Part shown: positions 1 to 9,132 of the stretch, one piece after another
Position numbering within the stretch: the stretch's first letter is position 1
Layout of the letters: each line of letters opens with the position of its first letter
Source of the DNA: an uncultured Clostridia bacterium
GTDB taxonomy: Bacteria; Bacillota; Clostridia; Christensenellales; Borkfalkiaceae
DNA: 64,000 nucleotides
NCBI GenBank assembly: GCA_934254825.1
Contig: CAKQMB010000015.1
Location: 1,950-65,949, forward strand
Direction: 5' to 3'
Made by a program: the position numbers and the translations under genes
The notes under the pieces: model-generated
Databases searched by the model: none
The model's input: only the letters and a program-made list of their open reading frames with translations
Told to the model about the DNA's origin: nothing

Positions 1-926
1 ACGTCCGTAAAGAGGCATTGCTCAGCAGTCAGATCGAAGGGACGCAGGCGACCTTGGAGGACGTACTTAATCCTAATGTTGACGTGGCGGTAAATCTTGA
101 AGTAAACGACGTAGTTAATTATGTAAATGCGCTCAACTATGCTATTGAGCGAATGAAAGAATTGCCCGTATGCAATCGCCTTTTGTGCGATACTCACAAG
201 GTTTTAATGCAAGGTGTTCGAGGACAGGAAAAAAATCCCGGGGAATTCCGCCGCAGTCAGAATTGGATAGGCTCGTCAAACAGTAATTTGCAGACGGCAA
301 GATACGTTCCGCCGACAGTGGAAGATATGCAAATTGCTATGAGCGACCTCGAAAAGTTCATAAACGACTACGATATGGATATTTTGCTGAAAACGGCGCT
401 CGTGCATTATCAATTTGAAACCGTTCACCCGTTTTTGGACGGCAACGGTCGCGTCGGAAGAATGCTTATCACGTTGATGTTGCTTGCCGACGGAATACTT
501 CGTCGCCCTGTACTATATTTGTCGTTGTATCTGAAAACGAACCGTATCGAATACTACGACAGATTGAGCGAAGTCCGCACCAAGGGTAATTACGAACAGT
601 GGATAAAATTCTTTTTGCACGGAATTATTGAAACTTGCGACGACGGTATAAAGACAATCGAAAGCATAAATTCACTTATCAAGTCGGACGAGAGAAAACT
701 TGTCAAGAAAACCGAAACGGTTTCAAAGGTTTTCGATTATATCAAGGAACACCCGATTATTTCTATCGGCGGAGCCGCAACCGCACTCGGTTTGTCGTAT
801 AACGGTGTGTCCGGAGCAGTCAAAAAGATGGTTGAAGTCGGCATATTAAACGAAACGACTACAAAGGCGCGCGACAGAATTTTCGAGTATTCGGGATATA
901 TCGATATCTTGAAATCAGGCACTTAA
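1..926 (+). CDS. Fic/DOC family protein, 5' end cut by window edge
   Basis: ORF 18..926, but the frame stays open back to nt 3 (..VRKEALLSSQIEGTQATLEDV). Canonical Fic active-site motif HPFLDGNGRVGR (HPFxxGNGR). C-terminal winged-helix-like tail. Confidence 0.85.
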   Translation, partial: VRKEALLSSQIEGTQATLEDVLNPNVDVAVNLEVNDVVNYVNALNYAIERMKELPVCNRLLCDTHKVLMQGVRGQEKNPGEFRRSQNWIGSSNSNLQTARYVPPTVEDMQIAMSDLEKFINDYDMDILLKTALVHYQFETVHPFLDGNGRVGRMLITLMLLADGILRRPVLYLSLYLKTNRIEYYDRLSEVRTKGNYEQWIKFFLHGIIETCDDGIKTIESINSLIKSDERKLVKKTETVSKVFDYIKEHPIISIGGAATALGLSYNGVSGAVKKMVEVGILNETTTKARDRIFEYSGYIDILKSGT

Positions 927-1118
927 AGATATTGTTCAAAGAGAGAAAAACGGAGAGTTTTTATATCACGAAAGATAGGTAGAAAAATGTAGATAATCCA
1001 TTATTAGAGCAATAGATACTTGCACTAATAACGGATTATTTTACAATTGAGTTATATATGTAAAATACTTTTTATTGATATATAGGTTCGGATATCCTGC
1101 AAATTGAGCCACCATAGA

Positions 1119-1148
1119 TAAAAAGCACGCTAGATAGCGTGCTTTTTG
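1119..1148. terminator. bidirectional intrinsic terminator between Fic gene and convergent XRE gene
   Basis: AAAAAGCACGC-tagata-GCGTGCTTTTT: a GC stem flanked by an A-run and a T-run, so it is usable on both strands. Confidence 0.6.
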
Positions 1149-1287
1149 CTTGTTTTAAAATAAAAAATATCCTGAATTTGCTGTTTTGCGATATTTTTTT
1201 ACTGCTTTTTTCCCATTTGTATTCCGTTTTGTTATTGAAATTTATTACCGATTTTTGTTTTGAAATGATATTGCGAAATAATGTTTC

Positions 1288-1707
1288 TTACCGGCGGAAG
1301 AATCCTATGTTCGGGTTGCATAAATCCCATACGAGCAAAAATATGAAAATAGCCGTCATCGAAAGAACGATGATAAGCAGCGCTTTTATGAGCTTATTTT
1401 TGTCGGCAATGGTACGTTCGTAAACGGAGCAGAGCCGTTCGACGCTCTGGCGGGAAACGGAGTCGTTTTTTTGTTGCGCGGGCGTATCGCTATCGCTTCG
1501 CTGTTGTTCGGAGACGTCGTTTTTTATATCCTCGTCAGAACCGCCCATAGCCTCTATAATCGAAAGAACCGTGGTGTAACCGGGGTCGGGCGTTTGCCCC
1601 GAAAAAATACGTCGGACGGTTGAAACGGGTACGCCGCTTTTATCGGCGATATCCTGATAAGACATTTGGCTTTCGTCTTTGAGGTTCTGCATTTTTTGAA
1701 TCAACAT
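1288..1707 (-). CDS. XRE-family HTH protein with C-terminal transmembrane segment
   Basis: 139-aa ORF. Helix-turn-helix SYQDIADKSGVPVSTVRRIFSG. Hydrophobic tail LIKALLIIVLSMTAIFIFLLVW. GGGAGA RBS about 10 nt upstream of the ATG. Confidence 0.7.
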   Translation of the reverse strand: MLIQKMQNLKDESQMSYQDIADKSGVPVSTVRRIFSGQTPDPGYTTVLSIIEAMGGSDEDIKNDVSEQQRSDSDTPAQQKNDSVSRQSVERLCSVYERTIADKNKLIKALLIIVLSMTAIFIFLLVWDLCNPNIGFFRR

Positions 1708-1749
1708 TATCTTTTGTCTCCCTTTTCATATAAAAATACTGTTTATTTT

Positions 1750-1825
1750 CAAATTTGAGCGAAAAACTCAAATTCGATACCGATAAAAGCTCAAATTTGG
1801 GTATGAAAAACGCAAATTTGGGTAT
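1750..1825. promoter_or_regulatory. cluster of four CAAATTTG-type palindromic boxes (candidate operator) upstream of the XRE-TM gene
   Basis: tCAAATTTGag (1750), ctCAAATTCGa (1767), gctCAAATTTGggtat (1789) and cgCAAATTTGggtat (1811). CAAATTTG is its own reverse complement. Confidence 0.35.
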
Positions 1826-2149
1826 TGATTTTCACCGCAAACGGGTTTATCATTGAAGCAACGAAAGAAAAGCCGTTTCGGTTAAATCATATTATAGGCT
1901 TCTGAAACAGAAAAGTCAAGAGAGAATGAAAAAATGTCACAATTCGACGAAAAAAGACGAAATCCGACGTTTTCTTCCTTTGCCGAAACTTGAAGTTTAT
2001 GTGTATAACTCGGGCGAGATAATAGGCTTTTTGCGATTATCAAATATTTAATAATATCGCGCGTTTCGGAAATTTATCGGCAAAATCGGAAGTACAGAAA
2101 CAATCGGCATTAAGCCGTTTGGAAATATAACAGACAAGGAGAAAGGAAA

Positions 2150-2461
2150 ATGAAAAAATCAGAACTAAAGACGACGGAACTCGTATGCGAAAAGGGTTTA
2201 TGCCTTTACAATGCGCCGACGGCGGTTTCGGGGCATTATCCGCTTATCTGCGAAAAGGAGAGAACGCCCGAGTTTACCGAAATTGAAATTCCGAACAAGC
2301 CCATTGCCGACGACAATAAAAAGCAATGTGCGAAAAAATTGAAAATACGCGCGAAATTCACCTTCGCCCGTTTAATGCAGGCAAGCGTCGATCTGGATTA
2401 CGAAAAGATCGGTGAAGCAAAGGCGAAGGAAACTAAAAAAGCAAAGCCGACAAGGCGGTAA
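2150..2461 (+). CDS. hypothetical small protein
   Basis: 103-aa ORF with a good RBS (caAGGAGAaaggaaaATG). No recognisable motif. Confidence 0.45.
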   Translation: MKKSELKTTELVCEKGLCLYNAPTAVSGHYPLICEKERTPEFTEIEIPNKPIADDNKKQCAKKLKIRAKFTFARLMQASVDLDYEKIGEAKAKETKKAKPTRR

Positions 2462-2506
2462 AAAAATTGTTATCGGAACGGTTGCAATAAAAACCGTCGG
2501 CGCGCG

Positions 2507-2547
2507 GATAAGGGCGATATAGGGTGATATAGGGTGATATAGGGTGA
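2507..2547. repeat. 10-bp tandem repeat (GATATAGGGT-like, about 4 copies)
   Basis: gataagggc gatatagggt gatatagggt gatatagggt ga, read directly. Intergenic, upstream of the HTH/zinc-ribbon gene. Confidence 0.8.
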
Positions 2548-2922
2548 CCTTGGCTTAAAATTTTCTGCCGAAAACCGTTACAATCGGGGAAATGTGTCGG
2601 TTGTCGGATAAAACGAAATTCAACCGACCGGCGAATATCGGTTTTTTCGATTATCGATTGCGTTAAGATTATTCGTCGCGAAGTTTCGTTCTGAATAAAA
2701 ACCTGCCGTTTGTTTATAAGGTTCGTTTGACATTTCGGCAACGCCAAACTATAATATTTATAATGATTATCGTATGGCGGGCTATAAAATTCAACTAACC
2801 GTCGAGAAAAATGCAATTCAACGAATAGTTTAGCGAATTCAACTATCAGTGTAGTCAAAGAAATTGCAAAGTGTGATTTGGCGTGCTATGATAGTAGTAG
2901 TTCATCGACGGAGGTGAAAAAT

Positions 2923-3789
2923 TTGAATATCGGTGAGAAAATATCAAAGGCAAGGAAAGACAAAGGTCTCACGCAGGCGGAACTCGGCGAAAAGATGCAC
3001 GTTACGTTTCAGGCTGTGTCTAAATGGGAACGAGGAGAATCTGCGCCCGATTTCGAAACGATTTGCGAGTTGTCCGAAGTTTTAGACGTGCCGATAACAT
3101 ATTTCGGCGGAAAAAAAGAAGAGCCGAAGCAGGAAGAAACGGCGGCGACTTTGGCAGCTCCCGCTCAGCCAGATCTCGCGCAACCTGTATCGGTTCAGCC
3201 CGCGCCCGCGGAAACAAGACCCGTTCTTGCGGTATGCGAAAAGTGTAACAGACCTATTTACGACGGGAACGAAATCGTGCGCTATAACAGAAGGCATACT
3301 CAACATATAAAATGCGCAGAATGCGACCGCAAGGAACGCGAAGAGAAAAAAGCCGCGGCGATAAAAAACGGCAAAACGCGAAGAGTCCATTCTTTTATAT
3401 GGCCGACCTTGCTTATGATAGCGGGCATAATCGTAAGCGCGATTAACCTTATGGGAACGCCGCTTATTATCGGTATAGTCGGTTCGGTTATGCTGTTTCC
3501 GCTGTCCGCGTGCCTTATACTTTATAATAATGCGGTAGCCGAAATAGTTTTTACGATTATCGAGTGGAGCGCGGTGAAATTTCCGGGGATAATATTCAGT
3601 TTCGATCTGGACGGAGTCGCGTTTCTCATTGCGGTGAAAATTCTGTTCTTTATTATCGGATTGATGATTACGCTTGCCTGCATCGCGCTTTCGATAGTTA
3701 TCGGCGGCGTGGTTTCGGTGTTTGTGTATCCGTTCGCGATTCGTAAAAACTTCGTAAGTCCCGAAAAGGGCGAATATTCTGTTTTTTAA
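2923..3789 (+). CDS. membrane-tethered XRE-family HTH protein with CxxC..CxxC zinc ribbon and multi-TM C-terminus
   Basis: ORF track 2878..3789. The preferred start is TTG 2923, behind GGAGGTG. HTH is GLTQAELGEKMHVTFQAVSKWERGE. Zinc ribbon is CEKCNRP...KCAECD. At least 4 hydrophobic helices follow. Confidence 0.7.
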   Translation: MNIGEKISKARKDKGLTQAELGEKMHVTFQAVSKWERGESAPDFETICELSEVLDVPITYFGGKKEEPKQEETAATLAAPAQPDLAQPVSVQPAPAETRPVLAVCEKCNRPIYDGNEIVRYNRRHTQHIKCAECDRKEREEKKAAAIKNGKTRRVHSFIWPTLLMIAGIIVSAINLMGTPLIIGIVGSVMLFPLSACLILYNNAVAEIVFTIIEWSAVKFPGIIFSFDLDGVAFLIAVKILFFIIGLMITLACIALSIVIGGVVSVFVYPFAIRKNFVSPEKGEYSVF

Positions 3790-3821
3790 CGGAAAAATAT
3801 TTTAAATTAAGGGAGGAATAT

Positions 3822-6266
3822 ATGAAAAAAATCATAATATCATTATTGTTAATCGCAAGCGTTTGCGCCTTTGCGCTTTGCTCGGTTTCCTGCAAGGACA
3901 AAGAAAGCGAAACTCCTTCGTCCGTCGGGCAAAGCGGAAACGTCGATTCGGGTAATTCGAGCGGTTATGGCAGTTCCGAAACTTCCGAAAGCGTAGCCGA
4001 AACAGAGCTTAAAACCTTTACGGGTATCGTATTCGGCGGCGGCGAGTTTGTTTACGACGGATCGGAAAAATCGATAACCGTCAGCGGGCTTCCCGGCGGC
4101 GCGACGGTAGAGTATACCGATAATAAAGCTACGGACGCGGGCGTGTACAACGCGACGGCAACCATACGAAAGGAAAATTATAAAACGCTTACTTTAAAAG
4201 CCGTTTTAACGATAAATAAAGCCGATATAACAGGCGTAACTTTCGAAGACAAAATCGTGGAATACGATACTTTCGCCCATTCGATCGAAGTTGTCGGTGA
4301 TCTTCCCGCCGAAGTAAGCGTAAAAACAACATATAACGGGGTAGAGACGAGCGGTGTAACCGAAGTCGGCGAATACGCCGTCGTATTGACGATCGGCGGG
4401 AAAAACTACAATACGTTTACGAAAACGGCAATTCTTACTATTACGAGTACCGAAGAGAAGCTTTTCAGCGCGGTGTATTCAAACGGAGTGTATTTTCAGA
4501 ATAACCTCGACGATAATAAGCTTTATTCGTATAAAAACGGTCTGACAAAAATCAACGACGATATTCCCGAATATCTCATTGTAAGCGGCGGCAAGCTGTA
4601 TTATTCGTCCAAGGCTCTTTTCGGCTCGGCTATAAAAACGTATAGCGATCAAAGTACGGGAGCTTCGGTGTTTACAAGCGTTGCGGGCGAGTACCTCGTA
4701 AGCGACGGCTCTTATCTGTATTACGCGAAAAATTCGTTTATAGACAGAAAGGACGCGAACGGCATTTACAGAATAAGTTTAAGCGGAAGCGGCGCAGAAC
4801 CCGAAAGGATAGTCAAAAACAAAGCGGCGTATCTTGCGATAAGCGGCAACTATATTTATTATTCGAATTTAAGCGACGGCAAAAAGCTTTATAAAGTTTC
4901 GAAAACGGCGAGCGGGCTTGAAAACGGAACGAAGGTAAGAAGCGGAGATTTTGCCGACGAAAAAGTCGAATATATAATCGCAGACGGCAACAATATCTAT
5001 TTTAATTCTACAAAAACCGTTGCGGGAATAGGCGTTGCGGCGGCGATAAGAAAATTGAACGTAAACACGGGCAAGGAAATAAAGCTTACGACCGACGCGG
5101 GCAAATATCTCTGCAAATCGGGCAATTATATCTATTATATAAATAACGACAAACTGACGAGCGAGCTTTTCGGCGACGGAATTTATAAAATAAGTTCGTC
5201 GACAGCTTCCGATAACAATAAATCGGGCGAAAAAGTATTGTCCGCTTCGGACGGAAACGGCTATTCATCTCTCGCGTCGGACGGGACGAATTTATATTAT
5301 TATAAACTTAACGATAAACATTTTTACAAAAACTCGTTAAGCGGCAACGCGGAAGTCGATTTGATGAAAGGCTTTGTTCCGCCCGCCCCCGAAATGAAGG
5401 CGGCTTGTTATGCCGAAACCAAGGTTTATAACGGGGAGATATATTATATAAATCCTTACGGCGACGGTATGTTATATAAATATAATCTTACTTCGAAACG
5501 CGTAAACAAAGTGTTGGAAGACAGGGTTTCGAACGTGTATTTCTATAACGGATATATGTATTATTCCACCTGTATCGCCACGAATTACGCGCTTTTCAGA
5601 ATAAACCTCGAAACAAAGGAAAGCGAAAAAATTTCGTCCGACCGTTGCGATCGCCTTATTTTCGACGGCGGAACGATTTATTATGTAAAAGTCGGTTCGG
5701 TGTGGAATAACTATATTTATAAAATGGGTCTTGACGGAAGTAATCCCGTAAAACTTAACGATAAATCGCAATGGGTCGCAAGCCTTGCGAAAATCGGCAA
5801 TACATTTTATTTCACGAGCAACCCGAAAGTCGGTTATAAAAAATTGTGCAAATACGATATAACGACGAATAAGGACGTCGATTTGGGGCAGAAAGCAAAA
5901 TTAGTTACGACGGACTGGGTGACGCTGTATTTTTACGATCACGACGCAAAAGCTTTGAAATCCTGCGACCAAAACGGAAGCAACGTTAAAACGCTTGTTA
6001 AAAACGTGAATATAAACGAAATGGTTTATGACGGCGGAAAGATTTATTATTCCGACATGACCGCGAAAAATTTTAACGTTTACGATATATCGGGCGGAAA
6101 AACGACCACGATTGCGGATTTCTGCGCCGACGGAATAAGTATAGACGGCGGCAAGTTGTATTTTATCGGCGCGGCGGCGGATTATCAGAACGATTATCCG
6201 ATACTTTCCCAAGGCGACGGCAGATTGTATTGTTACGACGGCAAAACCGTAACAAAGCTTGCGTAA
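3822..6266 (+). CDS. lipoprotein with repeated beta-propeller-like (DUF5050-type) YY motifs
   Basis: 814-aa ORF with strong RBS GGGAGGA. Signal peptide plus Cys (LLLIASVCAFALCSVSC). Many repeats of G(N/G)xIYY / LYY / IYF with about 45-aa spacing. The family name is recalled from memory. Confidence 0.8.
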   Translation: MKKIIISLLLIASVCAFALCSVSCKDKESETPSSVGQSGNVDSGNSSGYGSSETSESVAETELKTFTGIVFGGGEFVYDGSEKSITVSGLPGGATVEYTDNKATDAGVYNATATIRKENYKTLTLKAVLTINKADITGVTFEDKIVEYDTFAHSIEVVGDLPAEVSVKTTYNGVETSGVTEVGEYAVVLTIGGKNYNTFTKTAILTITSTEEKLFSAVYSNGVYFQNNLDDNKLYSYKNGLTKINDDIPEYLIVSGGKLYYSSKALFGSAIKTYSDQSTGASVFTSVAGEYLVSDGSYLYYAKNSFIDRKDANGIYRISLSGSGAEPERIVKNKAAYLAISGNYIYYSNLSDGKKLYKVSKTASGLENGTKVRSGDFADEKVEYIIADGNNIYFNSTKTVAGIGVAAAIRKLNVNTGKEIKLTTDAGKYLCKSGNYIYYINNDKLTSELFGDGIYKISSSTASDNNKSGEKVLSASDGNGYSSLASDGTNLYYYKLNDKHFYKNSLSGNAEVDLMKGFVPPAPEMKAACYAETKVYNGEIYYINPYGDGMLYKYNLTSKRVNKVLEDRVSNVYFYNGYMYYSTCIATNYALFRINLETKESEKISSDRCDRLIFDGGTIYYVKVGSVWNNYIYKMGLDGSNPVKLNDKSQWVASLAKIGNTFYFTSNPKVGYKKLCKYDITTNKDVDLGQKAKLVTTDWVTLYFYDHDAKALKSCDQNGSNVKTLVKNVNINEMVYDGGKIYYSDMTAKNFNVYDISGGKTTTIADFCADGISIDGGKLYFIGAAADYQNDYPILSQGDGRLYCYDGKTVTKLA

Positions 6267-6379
6267 AATAAATTGCAAAATCAAACAAACTTAATTTAAA
6301 ATGAAATCCGAGCGGAGAAATTTATAATTTCTTTACTCGGATTTTTGATTGAAAACAAATAAAAACCCGGGCGAAAAAT

Positions 6380-6434
6380 TTTGGTTGTGAGATTTCGGGC
6401 GGGAAACTTTGGTTGTGAGATTTCGGGCGGAAAA
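6380..6434. repeat. 28-bp direct repeat x2 (TTTGGTTGTGAGATTTCGGGCGG..)
   Basis: tttggttgtgagatttcgggcgggaaac / tttggttgtgagatttcgggcggaaaat, followed by a degenerate third copy (cgttgagaaatttcgaaaaggg). Confidence 0.8.
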
Positions 6435-6437
6435 TCG

Positions 6438-6466
6438 TTGAGAAATTTCGAAAAGGGTGGTATACT
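6438..6466 (+). promoter_or_regulatory. sigma-70-type promoter with extended -10 for the glycosylase gene
   Basis: TTGAGA, 17 nt, then TGgTATACT. It ends 20 nt before the ATG at 6486. Confidence 0.45.
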
Positions 6467-6485
6467 TTTTTCGGAGACTTGAAAT

Positions 6486-6971
6486 ATGGTAGTGCATAAT
6501 ATCGAACCGCTGTATAACGGGGACAGCAAAATTTTGATTTTGGGGAGCTTTCCGTCGGTAAAATCGAGGGAAGCGGAGTTTTTCTATGCCCACCCGCAAA
6601 ATCGATTCTGGAAAGTCGTCGCGGCGGTTTTCGGCGAGAAAGTTCCGCTTGATATCGACGAGAAAAAGGCGTTGATTTTAAATCATAATTTAGCGGTGTA
6701 CGACGTTATTTATTCTTGCGAAATAACGGGCAGTTCGGATTCGAGCGTGAAAAACGTTGTTCCGTCCGATCTTGAACCGATAATCGCCAATTCGAAAATT
6801 ACGAAAGTTTTCGTAAACGGTCGTACCGCCGAAAAGTATTATAAAAAATACACCTTAAAGAAAACGGGGATAGAGTGCGTAGTTTTGCCGTCCACAAGCC
6901 CCGCGAACGCCGCTTATTCTTTGGATAAACTTGTTTCGAAGTGGCAGATAATAAAAGACGAAATAAAATAA
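6486..6971 (+). CDS. DNA-deoxyinosine glycosylase-like protein (uracil-DNA glycosylase superfamily)
   Basis: 161 aa. ILILGSFPSVKSREAEFFYAHPQNRFWKV and LPSTSPANA match my recollection of the hypoxanthine-DNA glycosylase / UDG family 'GSFPS' and 'PSTSPAN' motifs. Confidence 0.75.
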   Translation: MVVHNIEPLYNGDSKILILGSFPSVKSREAEFFYAHPQNRFWKVVAAVFGEKVPLDIDEKKALILNHNLAVYDVIYSCEITGSSDSSVKNVVPSDLEPIIANSKITKVFVNGRTAEKYYKKYTLKKTGIECVVLPSTSPANAAYSLDKLVSKWQIIKDEIK

Positions 6972-7035
6972 AAATCGGAAAAGCGAGTTGCGGTCGGGCG
7001 GCGGGTATCGTCGGGCGTGGCGGTTTCAAATTTCG

Positions 7036-7061
7036 AAAAGTCGGGCTATAAGTCGATTAAC
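7036..7061 (+). repeat. dispersed 26-nt repeat, copy a
   Basis: aaaagtcgggctataagtcgattaac, intergenic between the glycosylase gene and the met leader. Confidence 0.85.
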
Positions 7062-7163
7062 AAGCGAAATTTACAATCATTAAACCATTTATTGAATGGA
7101 TTTGCGAGCAATATTATGGTTTTAAGGCGAGCGAAAAAATATTTTTTTAAAGGCGAAAAACGC

Positions 7164-7193
7164 TTGACAACGCCGCCTTGACAATGGTAATAT
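7164..7193 (+). promoter_or_regulatory. sigma-70-type promoter of the metNIQ leader
   Basis: TTGACA, 18 nt, then TGgTAATAT (extended -10). Confidence 0.5.
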
Positions 7194-7415
7194 GAATTCA
7201 CCGACGGGAGGAAAACCCTCTTTTCGGATTTTTAAAGGAGCGACGATTTGTCGGCAAACGTTATGAAAAATAGTTTTGTAGTTTCTATGCGAATGTTAAC
7301 ATCCCGGGCATTTATGCGCGGGCTTATTGCCGACCGCTTTTCGGATACTTCGGATATATAAGCCTTAACGCGAAACCTTGCCCGGGACTTTTTATTGAGT
7401 TCCGGGCTTTTTTTA
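7194..7415 (+). promoter_or_regulatory. about 220-nt structured leader ending in an intrinsic terminator (attenuator/riboswitch candidate, class unresolved) upstream of metN
   Basis: Terminator GCCCGGGAC-tttttattgag-TTCCGGGC followed by a T-run (TTTTTTT, 7380..7415) lies 25 nt before the metN RBS. Methionine transporters are classically riboswitch/T-box controlled, but I could not match the SAM-I or T-box consensus. Confidence 0.45.
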
Positions 7416-7439
7416 TACTTTTTTTTACAGGAGAGTTTT

Positions 7440-8474
7440 ATGATCGAATTAAAAAATCTCGGCAAGGTTTATTCGTCGAAAAAAGGAGATTTTACCGCGC
7501 TGAAAAATATAAACTTAACGATCGAAGACGGTGACGTTTTCGGGATAATCGGACTGTCGGGCGCGGGGAAAAGTACGCTCGTGCGATGTATAAATTTGCT
7601 GGAAAAACCGACTTCGGGCAGCGTTATTATCGACGGCGAGGATTTAACGACGGCAAGCAGAGAAAGACTTCGCGTTATACGAAGAAAAGTCGCGATGATT
7701 TTTCAGCAGTTCAATCTTTTGCAACAAAGGAGCGTGCTGAAAAACGTGGAACTCGCGGGCGAAATCGGCGGAGATGCAGACAAGAAAAAAGAAGCCGCAA
7801 GCAAAAAAGAAAGCAAAAAGAGCAGAAAAGAAAAGGCGATTAAACTTCTTGAAACGGTGGGTCTCGGAGATAAACTTAACGCTTACCCTTCGGAACTTTC
7901 GGGCGGACAGCAACAAAGGGTGGCTATTGCCCGCGCGCTTATGACCGATCCGAAAGTGCTTTTGTGCGACGAAGCCACATCCGCGCTCGACCCCGAAACT
8001 ACGAAATCCGTTCTCGAACTTCTGAAAGAACTTAACAGAAAGCTCAATCTCACGATAGTGATAATTTCTCATCAGATGTCCGTGATAGAAGCGATTTGCA
8101 ACAAAGTCGCGATAATGGATAAATCGGAAATAGTTACGAGCGGATATTTGCAGGACATTTTCCTTTCCCCGAAAGAAAAAATCGCGAAAAAGCTTATTTA
8201 TTCGGGCAAAATAAACGCCGGGATAAAGGGGGAAAAGCTTGTTAAACTTATGTTCGAAGGTTCGATCGACAAGCCGATCATAACGAATATTATTCAGGAA
8301 TGTAACATTCTTCTTTCCGTGTTCTATGCTGAAACAAAAGTTATAAACGGCAAAACTTACGGGCAGATTATTTTCAGGCTTCCTTATTACGACGAGGATA
8401 TCAACAAGCTTTGCGGGTATCTGGACGAAAAGGGAGTTAATTACGAGGAGGTTTATAGCGATGACTTTTGCTGA
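7440..8474 (+). CDS. metN: methionine ABC transporter ATP-binding protein
   Basis: The start is ATG 7440, behind cAGGAGAg; the ORF track begins at 7395, inside the terminator. Walker A GLSGAGKST, signature LSGGQQQRVAIARAL, Walker B LLCDEATSALD, and a C-terminal NIL-type domain. There is a Lys/Glu-rich insertion DADKKKEAASKKESKKSRKEK. Confidence 0.9.
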   Translation: MIELKNLGKVYSSKKGDFTALKNINLTIEDGDVFGIIGLSGAGKSTLVRCINLLEKPTSGSVIIDGEDLTTASRERLRVIRRKVAMIFQQFNLLQQRSVLKNVELAGEIGGDADKKKEAASKKESKKSRKEKAIKLLETVGLGDKLNAYPSELSGGQQQRVAIARALMTDPKVLLCDEATSALDPETTKSVLELLKELNRKLNLTIVIISHQMSVIEAICNKVAIMDKSEIVTSGYLQDIFLSPKEKIAKKLIYSGKINAGIKGEKLVKLMFEGSIDKPIITNIIQECNILLSVFYAETKVINGKTYGQIIFRLPYYDEDINKLCGYLDEKGVNYEEVYSDDFC

Positions 8475-9132
8475 GATAGCGACTATGACGGGCGAAACGC
8501 TCTTAATGACTTTAATCTCTACGTTTTTCGCGTATATTTTGGGTTTGCCGTGCGGCGTACTTCTAAACGTTACGGGCAAAAACGGCTTGAAACCTTGCAG
8601 GTGGCTTAATTTTACGGTGGGGCTAATCGTGAACGTTCTGCGTTCCGTGCCGTGCCTTATCGTTATCGTTTTATGTATTCCGTGGACGAGAGCGTGGTTC
8701 GGAAAGGGTACGGGAGAGTGGTTTACCATAATAATTCCTATGACGGTATGCGCGTTCGGACTTGTTTCGAGGATAGTGGAGCAGTCGCTTGCGGAAGTTC
8801 CGACGGGCGAGATAGAGGCGATAAGGTCGCTCGGCGCAACCGACTTTCAGCTCATAACGAAAGTGCTTTTGCCCGAAGCGAAAACGTCGCTTATCACGGG
8901 AGTTGCGGTGGTTGCGGTGAGCGTTCTGGGGTATACTTCGTTTGCTTACAACATAGGAGCGGGCGGACTTATTTCGGGAATATATACTTTTTACACGAGG
9001 AACACGGGGGATTATCTTTCTTCCGCAACGTTCTGGGCACTTATAGTAATCGTGGTGATAATAGTTCAGCTTATTCAGGAAGCGGGGCTTAAAATAGCAA
9101 AATTAACGGATAAAAGGAGATTGTTAAAATGA
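8461..9132 (+). CDS. metI: methionine ABC transporter permease
   Basis: 223 aa, 5 TM, overlaps the metN stop. EAIRSLGAT..LPEA resembles the EAA loop. Confidence 0.9.
   Translation: MTFAEIATMTGETLLMTLISTFFAYILGLPCGVLLNVTGKNGLKPCRWLNFTVGLIVNVLRSVPCLIVIVLCIPWTRAWFGKGTGEWFTIIIPMTVCAFGLVSRIVEQSLAEVPTGEIEAIRSLGATDFQLITKVLLPEAKTSLITGVAVVAVSVLGYTSFAYNIGAGGLISGIYTFYTRNTGDYLSSATFWALIVIVVIIVQLIQEAGLKIAKLTDKRRLLK

Noticed and set aside
2433-2858. 141-aa minus-strand ORF in the gap between 2461 and 2923.
   Set aside because: It has no RBS, spans the 10-bp tandem repeat, and its translation is heterogeneous with no motifs. It is more likely a non-coding regulatory region for the downstream HTH gene.
7194-7415. 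Calling the metN leader a SAM-I (S-box) riboswitch or a methionine T-box.
   Set aside because: I found only loose resemblances (gGAGcGACGAtttGTCGGCAAAC, aATGTTAACATCC). The conserved SAM-I core and the T-box 14-mer are not present as far as I can read, so the class is left open.
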